A DNA stretch of 64,000 bases from Gnetum montanum (lineage: Eukaryota > Plantae > Gnetophyta), in NCBI GenBank assembly GCA_015680685.1, contig MNCI01002211.1, forward strand, positions 1-64,000. Reading direction: 5' to 3'. The notes under the pieces are model-generated. The model did no database searches, was not told the DNA's origin, and was given only the letters and a program-made list of their open reading frames with translations. Below, piece after piece: positions 1 to 13,109 of the stretch. Each line of letters opens with the position of its first letter. The first letter of the stretch is position 1. Both the position numbers and the translations under genes were made by a program.

Positions 1-336
1 TTGTGCTCAAATGTTTTTGCAAAATTTTATTTGTTACAAGCAGGTTTTATAAGGACCGCGTAGACTAGGCAGTTGAACAAAATAGGAAATTTTCAAGAAC
101 TCACAGTACTGGACAAAGTTGGCTGAATCTCTTTAAAGTAAGTCATTTGTAGTTCACACGCAACGAAATTGTCACATTTCATACAACCGCATGCCGCAAC
201 AGCACACACACATACTCACATTAACTACTGAGTCTATTTGGAGGTATCTGGGCCTTGGTGTAGCCAGAGATCAGCAGGCACCTAAATCCTATTCGAGGAC
301 ACTCGTTGGCGGTCGAGTCCCAAACGGTCGCCAACA
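1..336 (+). mobile_element. 3' end of an LTR (family A), young CpG-rich copy truncated by the window start
   Basis: Ends ...GGTCGCCAACA at 336. Aligns with 2825-3146 and with the reverse complement of 48404-48740. Confidence 0.85.
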
Positions 337-1090
337 AGAAGTTATATGAAAGGTTCTTAATTGGTTTATGGGTATTGAATGTTTCTTCAGAAATTAGCCA
401 ATCTTCTACTAGCAACATTATTAAGAATGGTATAGGGTTTAAGATCAAAAGAAAGAATAAAACTACAACAACACAAATTGAGAAGAAGCATGGATGTAGT
501 CTTAAGAAGGCTTATGTAGGCACTGAATTAAAAAGAGAAAGGAAGGGTAGGAAACTTCTTCAAGAAGTAGTTTTGAGATTTTAGATGGTTCTGAGAGTAA
601 TAAATTTGAAAAATTTAATCCAAATTTTATGAAAAAGAGATTGAAGAAGGATAAAGGTATTTCTTCAAAAGAAGTTCACTTTCTAAGTTAAATTCTTCTA
701 TATCTAAAAGTATTGAAATAATAAAAATATGCCTTTGCCAACCAATAAAAATTTGGACAATTTTTACTATTATCAAATAGTTAGATTGAAAGAAGAAAAA
801 GATAATATGGCTACAAATATTAGAAGCTCCCATAACAATAGTGGTAGATAAAATGGATAAATTTAATGAACATATCTCTCATTGTAGAAATGATGATTAT
901 TTGTTGTCAGAAAGGATTAATAATAAATATAAAGGTTGTGAATGTGAATCTAAATTAGAAGATAGGAAGATTGGAGTAAGCAGTAAAACAAAAATACCAA
1001 AATATAGCTTGCTTAGTTTTAGTATACTAAAAAGTAAGTTACAGAAGCTAATTGTTTCTACTATGAAATTTGCAAAATTTGTAATCCGCA

Positions 1091-3146
1091 TGTCAAACAT
1101 TAAGCCAAAGATATTCTCCTAATCTTGGTTTGGACCCTATGAATTCCAAAGGCCACTATTGTTACTACTTGGTGGCATCTGGATCCTTTAACGATGCCAT
1201 CATTTGAGGGTATCATCACTGATGGTGAGGCCATCAAGTTTTGTGGAATCCTTGACATCATGGGTAGGTGTTCTATCATGCTGTAGAGGCTCTTCCTACT
1301 GTGTTTGCATCTATGTTAGCATCATCATCATCACCATTGAATATGTGCACAAGAAAACGATGAAGAAATTGAGCTACAACAAGATTATAGAGTAGATTAC
1401 AAAGGGTCTAAAAACACAGCAGCACCTGACACCAGCAGAGCTAGTATGCCCATGACTCATTATGGTTATGGCTACTCCAATGCCTTCACCATTGCACTAG
1501 CATTGTCACCATTGTCCACCTTTTTCTCCACCCATGACATCTAGAACAAAGACAAAGGGTTCCTAGAACACCAACATCACAAGAACATGCCATATGGCAT
1601 TATTAGCACCTTCCAACTTGAGGTTTATTGTGGGAAGTTTGAGGAACACACGCTTGATAAAGTGGGCACCTATCTACATGCCACCTGGTTTGATGTCATG
1701 GATAATTGGATTTGAATCAAATTTGTATAAACATTTCGATACAAAGATAACCATGAACAATGACCAATAGAGAAAAAAGAAAAAAAAAGAAAAAAATAAA
1801 GGAAATGACAATAATAAATATATGGTTTAAGAAGAAGGTAGTTTACTAGATAATTATCTAACATCCTATGTGTACTGGACACTTAGTAACAATAACTTGT
1901 ATTCCTATAGTAAAGGTAACTTCCTATAGAAGTTATAACTTCTTAAGGAAGTTATAAATTAATATCTTAGATATTTGTAATCTACCTTAACTTTTCATGA
2001 TGATTGTAACCACCCTAAAGTCACTATAAAAGGGGCTTATAGGGTAGATTTCAAAGGAGGGAGGCTTTTGAAGAAGAAGAAATTTGAAGATTATTTATAC
2101 GATGGTTTGCTAAAGACATCGTTTCAACCACTTTGTTTTAGTCGTATGAGTTCATTCTTTCCTATTTTGTTTTGTTGCTTAACTAGTAGTTTAGATAGTA
2201 TCATACTTAGTATGTAAATTTGGGGTTTTTATATTACTTTTATAGTTTTTTGTTGTATGATAGTAGACTCCTATTAAGATTTTTCATGGAAGAACTCATG
2301 TTGGAAAGCCTCAAGAGCAATTTAATAGAAAAGTTTATTATTATGCAATGTTTAAGGCTGCTATTAGAATTTTTGTAAGAGAGCCTCTACTATAGACAAG
2401 CTAGTTGAGCAATTCAATAGTTTAGAGAGTTTAAAAAATCTTTGGTATTTTGATAGAATTGAAATAGCTTTTTGATTTTTAAGTATATTCCCTTAGTATT
2501 TTAATTAGAAATTATCAAATCTTTGAAAGCTTTGTTGTATGTAATCATTGACAACTATAATTTAGCCAAAATAGAGACTCGTATGTGGTGGTTTAGGTAG
2601 CAATTTTTGGTAGTATAGTAGGATTGTCTTTAAAAAATTGCTTGTTTGAGCCTAGAAAATTTGAACAATTCATAGATATTGAATTAGGGATAACTTTATT
2701 ATGAAGTGTTTCTTCATATCAATTTACCTTGCTTAAATATTTGAGGTTTTTACACAAATCTACTTTCTTTTCTTTCTTGTGGAGCTTTCTCTCTTTGGGG
2801 GAAATTAGGAGTAGATTAGTAGAGTTATGCTTAAATGGTTTTTGCAAAATTTTATTTGTTACAAGTAGGTATTATAAGAACTGTATAGACTAAGTTGTTG
2901 AACAAAATAGAAATCTCTGATAACTCATAGTGTTTTACAAAGTTGGCCAAATCTATTTTATGATAGTTGATTATAGTTTTATATGCAACCCAACTATTTC
3001 AACATTCACAATAGCAAAAACATATTCACATTTCACTACTGAGTCTATTTGGAGGTATTTGGACCTTGGTTTTTCCAGAGACTAGCAAACACCTAAATCC
3101 TGTTCGAGGCACTCGTTGGCAATCGCATCCCAAATAGTCATCAACA
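1091..3146 (+). mobile_element. Older family-A LTR, probably solo
   Basis: Ends ...TCATCAACA at 3146. 2550-3146 matches the reverse complement of 48404-49051, and ~1875-2010 matches the reverse complement of 49723-49790. TATAAAA at 2025-2031. The 5' end is tentative (TGTCAAACATTAAGCCA resembles TGTTGGCACATTTGGCCA at 51207 minus); no clean TSD. Confidence 0.7.
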
Positions 3147-3480
3147 CTGAGATAGAAAAATTATTTATGAAGCTCAAAATTGTACAAAAGATGATATCAA
3201 TCCTAGGTTAAACTGATTTTGAATTGATGCTTATAAAAGTTGTACCATTCAACTAGAGTAACAAGAATAAGTTAAACCTTAGCCTTTAGAGAAAATAACT
3301 TACTCCAAAACCTATCATTCATTTAGATGTAGCTATGCATAATTTAATTTAAACAAGTAAAGAAAGCTATTTAGTTTTATATTAATTGAGAGGAAAAAGA
3401 AAAAAGAAAAAAGTAGAACTTGTTTAGATTACCATTATAAGAATAGTCTTTACAAGCCTTTTTCAAAAGTGTATTATAAC

Positions 3481-3538
3481 TCCTCTTCCACTCCCCTCTC
3501 CTCCCCCTTGTTCCCCTCCTCCCCTCCTCCTCTCTTTC
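3481..3538 (-). repeat. Polypurine (minus strand) / CT-rich tract
   Basis: TCCTCTTCCACTCCCCTCTCCTCCCCC... directly visible, lying downstream of the minus-strand ORF remnant. Confidence 0.6.
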
Positions 3539-3976
3539 TAATGAATCTACTCTAGGATTTATATAGTAACCATTGGTGGTTAGAATAGTTATAAGATTAT
3601 GGATTCATCATTTTCACATTCTTTTCATATAATTGCAAAGTGTTGGATAGTTGCTCAAATTCCTAATAAGTTTTCTTTATTTTCTAAATCTAGAGCACTT
3701 CCATCAGCCACTGCTGAGATAACTTCCCATGACCTAGCAAAATTTTTACAACTTGATTTAGTATATATGGATTGGTGTTGTTAATGTCTTCAACACTTAT
3801 TTCTCTAGCACTTACTTCTATTAGAGAGTTATCTCAATTAATGCAGCTCCTGTGCTTGAACATGTTTGCTCCAACTCTAATATTTTTTGAGGAGATTTAG
3901 CCAATATCCTTGTAATTGTCATCATCATACTATCAAAGATATTTTTTTTATATTATATCAATATTTCTCTTTTTTC

Positions 3977-4248
3977 TTTGAATATTTCAAATAGTTCTTG
4001 GGCTCTTCTTTCCATCTGAACAAAAATGACTTGATTGCTTTTCATTTCTTCAATATTGGATTTAGTCTCTTGTATTCATTCCTTGTTGTAATTGATCTCA
4101 ACAATTAATTCATTTGAATATTGCAAATAGTTCTTGAGCTCTTCTTTCCATCTAAATAAAAATGACTTGATTGTTTTTTATTTCTTCAATCTTGGATTTA
4201 GTCTCTTGTATCCATTCCTTGTTGTAATTGATCTTAGCAATTAATTCT
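3977..4248. repeat. Tandem duplication, ~136-bp unit x2
   Basis: TTTGAATATT(T/G)CAAATAGTTCTTG...CAATTAATTC starts at both 3977 and 4113. Confidence 0.9.
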
Positions 4249-4735
4249 TGAAAATTCAGTTTTGAGTAAGCATAATTTAGAGCCTTGCCATTTTTAGCCT
4301 ATTCTAATTCAAAGCTCACAATAACTAGTTTCTCCTCTAATTGTATCATAGATTATTCTTTGTTTTCTAGTAGTGACTCTTTGATGGTGATCATAGGTTT
4401 TAGATGTTCATTCTCATCTTTAGAGATTTTTAACTCTTCTCTTTATCTAGTTATTTCTTGTTCATTTTGCATCAAATACTTCTTTAGCTTGGCTATTTGA
4501 TTGTTAGCTACTTGTTCCATGTCTTTGATTAGAATAGCTATTATGGTTTCTAACATGTCTTCATGAGACATTACTAGCTTTTGCTCTTCAATTTTTGGAT
4601 CATCTTCCTTATAGAAGAAGATGATGCTTCTGTTTCTATATCGATAGAATCTTTTAACTTAGAATAAATTTTTATTTTTTTCTCTTTAAATTTGAAGGAC
4701 TGAGCTACTCCATTCATCAAATAGCTTGAAGGAAA

Positions 4736-5910
4736 TGAGAACTAAGAACTTAGAAATGGGGTTGAATAAGTTCACTAATTTTAACAATCAAGATAACCAA
4801 AAATACAACTAAATGTACATGATTTCTCAACTTGGATACTTCTACACTTGGATGATAGATTCCTTGCACACCTCTTGACTTTGTTTCACAAAATATGATT
4901 TCAAGGGCACCATAACCTTTACAAAGTTTTAGCTCTACAAGCGATGTTTTCACATATAAACACACCCAACCTTGTAAGGTACTAACAAGCTCAAAATGTG
5001 GTTTTAAGGATCCCATAACCTTTACAATAGCTTTAGCTTTGCAAAGGATGTTTTCTCTCAAGAAACACATCCAACCCTACAAGATCCCAATAACCTTAGG
5101 AGATGTCTTCTCACAATAAGTACATCAACCCCATGGGGCTTACAAATAGAAAAGAAAACAAATCAAGAAGAGAATGTAAATACACTTTAGAAATCGCTTG
5201 CTTTGAGGCTCTCACAATACAAAATACAACTCATAAAAGATGTGGAAATGAAGTACATAGTACAACACAAGATCTATACCATGATGGTTAAATCATGTGA
5301 ATAGTGCTTATTCTTTTCATGAAGATACCTTCTATTTTATAGTCTTTCTCACTATCACATAACCATTGGAATTTGTATAATAGCTAGGAAAAATCTAGAT
5401 GGGAGTTAGGAAATAACTAGGTGGGATGTCCCATTCGAACTTAGGATGTCTCTTTGAAATCTTTCCTTTTGTAAGTGGAACATCCCATTGGAAATTGGGA
5501 CATTTGATATTTTTATGGGACATTTGACTTGAGACTAAGCTTTTACCTTTGGGACATATGCTAATTTTTTGAGATGTCTAGGTAGATACTGAAACATCTT
5601 CTTTTTAATTAACATCATTGACATCTTTCATCTTTCTTTTAGTTGATACTTTGTCATCTTAGATTGATAAATTACCTTTCAACTTGGTCTTAACTTGCTC
5701 TTTGTTCTGATCTCATAATGATCTTGTCTTGATACCATCTAAGCTCTTGTCCCAATCACATCATGCTCTTGTCTTGATTATGTTATGATCTTGTTTTATT
5801 TATGCTCTTATCTTTCTCTTGTCTTAGTTCTTCCTAGTCTTACAAGATTCCACATGCACATTTTCCACTTTCTCCATTTTTCTAGGTTTTAACATTTCAA
5901 ACGTTTAACA
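4736..5910 (-). repeat. 3' LTR of the Ty1 element
   Basis: TGAGAAC...TTTAACA, colinear with 8713-9867, containing GGGATGTCCC/GGGACA repeats. Confidence 0.85.
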
Positions 5911-5924
5911 ATCTCCCCCTTTTT
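5911..5924 (-). promoter_or_regulatory. Polypurine tract AAAAAGGGGGAGAT
   Basis: Abuts the 3' LTR; canonical SIRE/copia PPT. Confidence 0.85.
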
Positions 5925-6318
5925 GGTGATGTACAAAACATGAGAAAATGGGTTTACATAGTTCATAATAAACAACATAAGATAGACAAATAAGAGCATA
6001 ACTATCTAAACAAAAAGATCCTATGGTAGCAAAGATGAAAAGAGATATGAAAAATGGTTAGTTGGCATACATCCATCACTCATGATCACATAAGGTGAAA
6101 AAGTAATAGTTCACATCAAAAGCTTGCCAAAAATTGTCCAATATGAAAGCCCAATCATACATTACAAGTAACTTTAAAAAAAGATATCTAAAGATAAATC
6201 CATAAAAATAAACTATTCACCATAAAATCTACATAGCATAACATCATATGATAAAGTAATAAAGGTACACATAGATATATATAAAGGATGAAAAAGAGAT
6301 AGATAGTGGTTAATGAAC

Positions 6319-6741
6319 ATAGGTTTCATAGGGTTAATCAAGAAAAACAAGTTCCATTGAGAGCTATCCATATCTATTCACATTGCAAGTCAAAATAAAT
6401 AATCTATGAAGCACATATAATCAAAGACTACTATCCAAGAATATTTCCATGTTAGCCCAAAGGTTGTACTCCAAATGTTGAGTACTAAAAACAAGTATCC
6501 TATCTTTGAAATATCATGCCATAGTAATGAGTATAGGTTTCATAGGGCTAATTAAGAAAAATAAGTTCCATTAAGAGCTACCCATACTTGTTCACATTAC
6601 AAGTTAAAACAAATAATCAATGAAGCACATATAATCAAAGCCTATGGTCCAAAAATATTTCCATGTAATCTCAAAGGTTGAACTCTAAAGCATGAGCACT
6701 GAAAACAAGTAACTTATCTTTGAAACATCATTCCATGGTAA
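6319..6741. repeat. Tandem duplication, ~214-bp unit x2, in the Ty1 internal region
   Basis: ATAGGTTTCATAGGG(T/C)TAAT...ATCTTTGAAA occurs twice. Confidence 0.85.
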
Positions 6742-7399
6742 ACAAAAGTATGTATCCAAGCATATATCCACATATATAATAAAAATTAAGTCACAACATA
6801 TAGTATCCAAAACATAAAATTTGTGTCAGTTGACCACAAACTTGTAATATCAAAAATCATAATTAACATCTAAATTAAGATTTAAACACTATAAAAGAAT
6901 GAGATAGTTTAACTTATCATATCTTACCTTTTGTGTTTCCAATTATTGACTCGTCATTAAGATAAGTTTAATCCAATGTCTACTAAAACTTTGAAGATCA
7001 TTTTTCTTTATTTGCAATTCTACACCTTGTAAGATTAACTAAAGATTTCTTTGGATATACAAAGATTTCCAATAGCATCCATTCAACAATTTTATAATCA
7101 TTGACTTTTATAAAAATAAACTAATTGAAATTAAGTTTAGTAAGTCAAGGAATAAAGATTATAATCATACTTACCATTTCTTAGCTTGCTTGATTCTAAG
7201 CATGGACATGATTAATGAAGTTTAGGATGAGGCCCTCCATCATAGAGTACCTTCCTATCATGCATTTGATCCTTACCATATTTGTCATTAGCATCTTTGT
7301 TTGAAACTCTTGGTTCATTTGAGGTTTCTTTTTATTCATACTTATGTTCTCTAAGTTGAATGGACTGATAATTTCCTTGAGTTAATAGTTTTGATTCTC

Positions 7400-8656
7400 C
7401 AATATCACTGGTTCTTTTATCAACATGTGTAGTTATCTCTTCATCTTACTTTTTCTTTTTTGGTCTCCAAAGTTTCTTACCCTGCAAATCATACTTTCTA
7501 GACTTCTTTTGATAAGACCATGTAGTCAATTTATAATGTTTTAATCATAAATAACAATAAGATTGCTTATGCCCATATTCTCTACAACAATAACACAATT
7601 TTTCTCATTCAAGCTAAATGTTCAAACTTGGGTATATACCTCCCATTTGGTGAAGTGCTTGTAGATGTTTCATAGTGGGAATGAATTCTCTATCCTCTTC
7701 CATTGTTTGAATATCCTCCTTGTTCTAGCTTGATTTTTAGAGTCTCCTTTTCTTTTATTAATCTATCATTGATGAGCTTCAAATTTGCAAAATCTTGTTA
7801 ATCTACTCATGGGAAAGGATTAGGTTTTGTTCCTCAACCTTTAGGTTTGAGTTTTTCTTTTCAAGATTTGAGCACTTCATATTAAGCTGAGCTATCTCTA
7901 GTTATTTAGTATGCAAAGCCTTTTTCATTCTGAAGCATAAATTTTGAAAGGAAATTATTTTATTACAAATTAGATCATACCTTTCTTCATTTTGATGCAT
8001 AAAGTTTGAAAGGAGATTGTTTTATTGCAAAGTAGATCATACCTTTCTTCAATGATACCTTCACATTCTCTACCTTCTTCTAAAATTTTGGAAATGGATG
8101 CTTCATGTGCAAGAGACATGTAGATAAAATGTGAGTTTATGAATGGATCATCAATTTCTTCTTCATTGAATTCATCATCCTAGATAGTGTAGAGGTTTTT
8201 AGCCTTCTTATCTTCTCGAGCTTCATCATCAAAGATTGGATCATTGATGGATTCTTGATTATCCAAGGCTATACACAAAAGATGTGAATCTTTGGATGTA
8301 TTGCTAGTTTCCTCTTCATCATCCCAACTTGTATAGATGTTCTTTGCTCTCCTTTCTTTACTAGACTATTTTTCTTGTAGCCTGTAAGTAGTAGTGTATT
8401 CAAAGGCCATATGGTCTCTTCTACCACATATTCAACATTCCATAGAAGAGGTATTGAAATTGGAAATTTTAAATTGCTTACCTCTTTTCTTACATTTATT
8501 GTCCAATATGTTGTTGATGAGTTGAGTGTGTCCATCTAGGATGAATACACATATAATGAACCTCATTTACTTAAAGATTCCTTGCATTTGAGCCTTCCAG
8601 CCCATAAAGTTGACCCCATTGAACAATGATAGCTTTGTGTATGATATCTCTTTCAT
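7400..8656 (-). pseudogene. gag: Copia gag remnant
   Basis: ATG at 8656 gives MKEISYTKLSLFNGVNFMGWKAQMQG (copia gag N-terminal FxGxNxxxWKxxM). Zinc knuckle CYCCREYGHKQSYC at 7554-7595. Confidence 0.75.
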
Positions 8657-8698
8657 TTTTTACTCTTGAATTGTTACACTCAATCTGGAAGTACCAAA

Positions 8699-8710
8699 GC
8701 TTTGATACCA
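8699..8710 (-). promoter_or_regulatory. Primer-binding site (tRNA-iMet) TGGTATCAAAGC
   Basis: 2 nt from the LTR end at 8713; one mismatch to TGGTATCAGAGC. Confidence 0.85.
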
Positions 8711-8712
8711 CT

Positions 8713-9867
8713 TGAGAATTAAAACTTAGAAGGGGAAATTGAATAAGTTCATCAATTTTAACAATCAAGATAACAAAAAATACAACTAGATGTATGTGGT
8801 TCTCCAACTTGGATACTTTCACACTTGGAGGATAGATTTCTTGAACATCTTTGAACTTTGTTTTTTTAGAAAATGTGGTTTCAAGGGTACCACAACATTT
8901 ACAAAGTTTGAGTTTTGCAAGGGGTGTTTTTACATAGAAACACACCCAATCCTATAAGGTCCCAATAAGCTCAAAATGTGGTTTCAAGGATCCTATAACA
9001 TTTACAATAACTTAAGCTTCACATGGGATGTTTTCTCTCATGAAACATATCCAATTCCACAAGGTACTAACAAGCTTAAGAAATGCCTTCTTACAAGAAG
9101 CACATCAACCTTGTAGGTCTTACAAAGGAAAAAGAAAGAAATCAAGGTGAGAATGTAACTACACTTGATAAATTTTTTGCTTTGAGATTCTCATAATACA
9201 AAATACAACTCAAAAAAGATGTGGAAATGAAGTAAAAAATATACCACAATATGTCCTTTTCATGAAGATCTCTTTTATTTTATAGCCTTTCTCACTATTA
9301 CATAACCATTGGAATTTGCACAACAGCTAGGAAACAACTAGTCAGGATGTCCCATTTAAGCTTGGGATGTCTCTCTGAAATCTATCCTCTTGCATGTGGG
9401 ATGTTCCACTCAAAATTAGGACAGCTCACTTTGGATATACTAGTTAGAATGTCTCAATAGTAATTGCAAAATTTTTTGTTTTTGTGAGATGTCTTGCCTA
9501 AGATTGAACTTTTACCTCTAGGACATCTATCGATCTTTTGGGACATCTAAGAAGATACTAGAACATATTCTTTTGGTTTGTAAGCTTTGTGCATCCTTGA
9601 AATGTTTCATCTTTGTTTTCAGATTGAGACTTTATTACCTCAGATTAAAAATTTAGCTCTTAGCTTGATCTCAACTTGCCCTTTGTCCTAATCTCACAAT
9701 GATCTGATCTTGACACCATCTAATGTCTTGTTCTAATCACATCATGCTCTTGTCATGCTCTTTTCTCAATCATGTTCTCTTAGTTCTTTCCTAATCCTAG
9801 AAAATTCTAGAAGCACAATTTTCACTTTCTCCATTTTCCAAGATTTTGACATACTAAAAGGTTAACA
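8713..9867 (-). repeat. 5' LTR of the Ty1 element
   Basis: TGAGAAT...GTTAACA, followed on the minus strand by the PBS. Confidence 0.85.
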
Positions 9868-11899
9868 AGGAAGTCTAGGATTGTTAGAGCTAATGTTGAA
9901 CTCTACCCCTCTTTCTGATATTGTTGCTATAGCTTATTTAGGCTCTATTTCTCTAATATCTAATGCTACTACTATTTAAAAATATATAGTTGTTATTTAT
10001 ATTTATTAGATTTTATTCTTTTCATCCTTATTTTTCTAGCTACTTTATTCCTTGCATACTTAGCTTCATTTGGTGGAAATCTTTCATTTGGCATGGCTTC
10101 TTCTTGATCTTGTAGCACCCTCGAGAAATAATTCTCTTCCAGCTAAGCTAAGTATTTATCTATAAAATCCTTCACCAAATGATGACCTTTGCTTTTCATC
10201 CATCTACATACTTCAATAACTGGTAGATCACAAGTAGAGACTCAAAGCTTCATTGATAATATTCTTTTCAACCATTTTGCAACTTCATCCTTGGCACAAT
10301 TTACTTCTTTGTTTGTAGCTCTTTAATAAAATACATCTATTTCATTGGGCTGATAAGCTTTTCATATTTTAGTAGTTGATTATATTCTCTTTATTTCTCT
10401 TGGACATGCGTTGCATTACTAAATTCCCAAAAGTAAAAATTCAAAGAAAGAACTTTTTATGTTTGTAATCATGCCTTTCCTACTTCTAATATCATCAAAT
10501 ATGGAGCTACAAATTTGGAAAGCTTGTCCTTCAAAATCTAGTATAAAAAATTTGAGTATAATGGAAATGTAGAAAAATAGATCCATAGCATTTCCCCTTT
10601 ATCTCATTGATTATTTGTTGGTCTATTTTTTGTGGGAAAGCTCCCAAAATAAATTTGAATAAATAGGGGTATATACAGTTCATAAAAAATTTTAAGGCTT
10701 GAACATTAAAACAAATTCTTTGATATATGACTAGGATCTTTAGGTTGAACCCTTAACTATGTTGCATAGATTAAAAAAACTAGGATAGTTCTTTTAGGTT
10801 TAGAAACCTTACTAAAAAAAATTCACTAAAAATGAGATTAAGCTTAACTAAGCCTCTTATCCTTGAATTTGAGCCAAGCTATTATATAACACACCATTCA
10901 TGTACTTTACAAGAAAGAAATTCCTTTTATTATCTAATGCTACCAAAGAATAAACATGATAATTGCAAATTAGATTTATTTCATAGTCTAAAAAAATTTG
11001 AAGATAAAATAAAATTCTTTGAGAAAAGCCTGAACAAAAATTTAAAGCATGAAATTTTTTTCCATTTTTGGATGAGTTTAAAATTTACCGTTAAGCACAT
11101 TTTCATTATAGTAGTGAGCTTTTACCTCTTTTAAGTCGATCTTTATTAGATCATAAAGCTCAGACACCTTTTTGGTATTGATGTTGACATATCATTATGT
11201 ATTTCCTCTAAAGCGAAGCATATCCCTCTCATACACAGTCTCAGCTATCAGGTGGCTTACAACATTTCTTATAATGGTTGCCCTTGGCTTGAAAATGGGC
11301 TTGTGGAGACCTATCTTCTTTTAAATTTCTCATGAGTTCTCCATTGTTTCTGAATATTCAAGTCTTATATTCTCTATTTGGTCATGGTCTTCATCAAAGC
11401 TAAGTAAATATCTTTATTTCATTTCAAACTCTGGGCATTTGATGTTGATCCATTGCCAAAGTTGATAAATCTTTAGCTTGAAATACTATAGATAATCAGA
11501 AAATCTAAAAATGTTAATGTCCTAGAATTTCTGAGTTACTTTCTCCTTTTCCTTGTGAAAAATTTTGGCTAACGTTCAAAGGACCTCAAGAAATATTTTC
11601 TCTATGCTTGGATGATAGCTCTTACTCTACTTCAATGTTGAGATTTGATTACTAATGATTCTATGATTTGAAATTCATCATGAGAGGATTCATTAATACA
11701 TGGAGCCTTTTCTTTCAATTCTCTTACTTAGGGATAGGTTGTTTAAATTATTTTTCAACATATGTCATGAGCCTTGATTTCATTAAGCTACTTTGCTAAC
11801 TCTATTATATATCCATATACTTTGGTACAAACCATTTAATTTCATTGCTTGACCTATCTTTTGTTAATCTAGTTTTTAGGTTTTCCTTAAGAATGATGA

Positions 11900-13090
11900 G
11901 GATGATGTGGCATATATGTAGAACTACTTTGTAGAACCATTTTTTCTTTGGTTCTACTAACAAACTCTTTAAACCCTTTTATTGCACTAATGATGATGTG
12001 GCAATTGAGACTCAAATCATTATATGAGGTTGATCATTCTTCTAGCACCAATTTCTATTGGAGAAAGAATATTTACTATCATGGTTCTTAATTAAGCTTC
12101 AATATCTCTTAATTCTCTTTTTAATTTATTTCCTATTGATCTTGACTGAAATTAAGCATGAGTGTAACTTCAATAGGTCCATTATTTAAATTCTTGAATT
12201 ATAGCTCTTTGTATCTTGATGTAGCTTGTAGAATCAATTTGTAAAACCATTGTTTGGTTCTATGAGATCCCTCATTTTCCTTAAGTTAATGTGGTAGAGC
12301 ATCTTTGTATCTCATTTGTAGAGCCAATTTGTAGAACTTTTTTTATGCAGTTACTCATAGAACCAAATTTTGATTATATGAACTTAGGTTATTGAAGAGT
12401 TGACATGGTAGAATGATTATTAAACTTCTTTGTAGAACTAATTTTGGTTCTACAAGCTATGTTATATTCCCTAGCTCTTAAATCTTCATCTATTTAATCC
12501 ATAAAATGATGAGTCAGATTAAAAATATATATATGCATCTATGTAAATTAAACTCTAAATCTTCTGTGGACCCAATTTAATCTTAATATGACTTATAGAA
12601 GTATTTTAGCTTTTCCTTTTAGAATCATTTCATAAAACCAATTTTTTGTTCTACAAATCTATACTAAGTAGATGATAATATGGTAGGGTTTTTCTAGAAC
12701 CTCTCTATTAAAATGATTTCTTTGACTCTATGAGCTTGTTAACTTTCCTAAAGCTAACATGATAGAACAAAAAATAATCTTATTTGTAGAACCAAGCTCA
12801 TATTACAACATCTAATGTGGTTTGTAGAGGTAAGTTTGAAAACTTTTCATGAAGCTAAATTTTAGTTCTACGAACTATATTACTTTACTTTACTTTCAAT
12901 GAAATGTAACCTTGCCTCAAATGTTGACTTGGAAAAACTAAAGATAAAATTTTTTGTATAGTTGAATTTTGATTCTACAAGTTTTTCATTGACCTTTTGC
13001 ATTTGATCTTAAGTTCTAACATGGTAGAAATGCTTATGTGTTCACTTATTAAACTAAATTTTGGTTTTATGAGTGATACTTCTTTTTGCG
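11900..13090. repeat. Degenerate array of palindromic GTAGAACC-(A/T)n-GGTTCTAC motifs, left half
   Basis: Examples: TTTGTAGAACCATTTTTCTTTGGTTCTAC (~11928), TGTAGAACTAATTTTGGTTCTAC (12431), and roughly ten more. Confidence 0.75.
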
Positions 13091-13109
13091 ATTCATCCTA
13101 AATGATTAT

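Larger units (their letters stand above)
4736..9867 (-). mobile_element. Non-autonomous gag-only Ty1/copia element (SIRE-like / TR-GAG-like), 5.1 kb
   Basis: LTRs at 4736-5910 and 8713-9867, PBS-Met, SIRE-type PPT, and TSD AGGAA (4730-34, one extra A) / AGGAA (9868-72). Gag remnant present; no recognisable INT or RT. Confidence 0.85.
3700..10590 (-). pseudogene. Decayed TE accessory ORF with coiled-coil C-terminus, split by the Ty1 insertion (pieces ~10590-9868 and 4735-~3700)
   Basis: Minus-frame reads DEVAKWLKRILSMKL*VSTCDLPVIEVCRWMKSKGHHLVKDFIDKYLA*LEENYFSRVLQDQEE and, left of the insertion, IAKLKKYLMQNEQEITR*REELKISKDENEHLK. Interrupted by scattered stops; family unknown. Confidence 0.5.

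Noticed and set aside
337-1090. K/E-rich ORFs 306-584 and 841-1122
   Set aside because: No recognisable motifs; probably very old TE debris.
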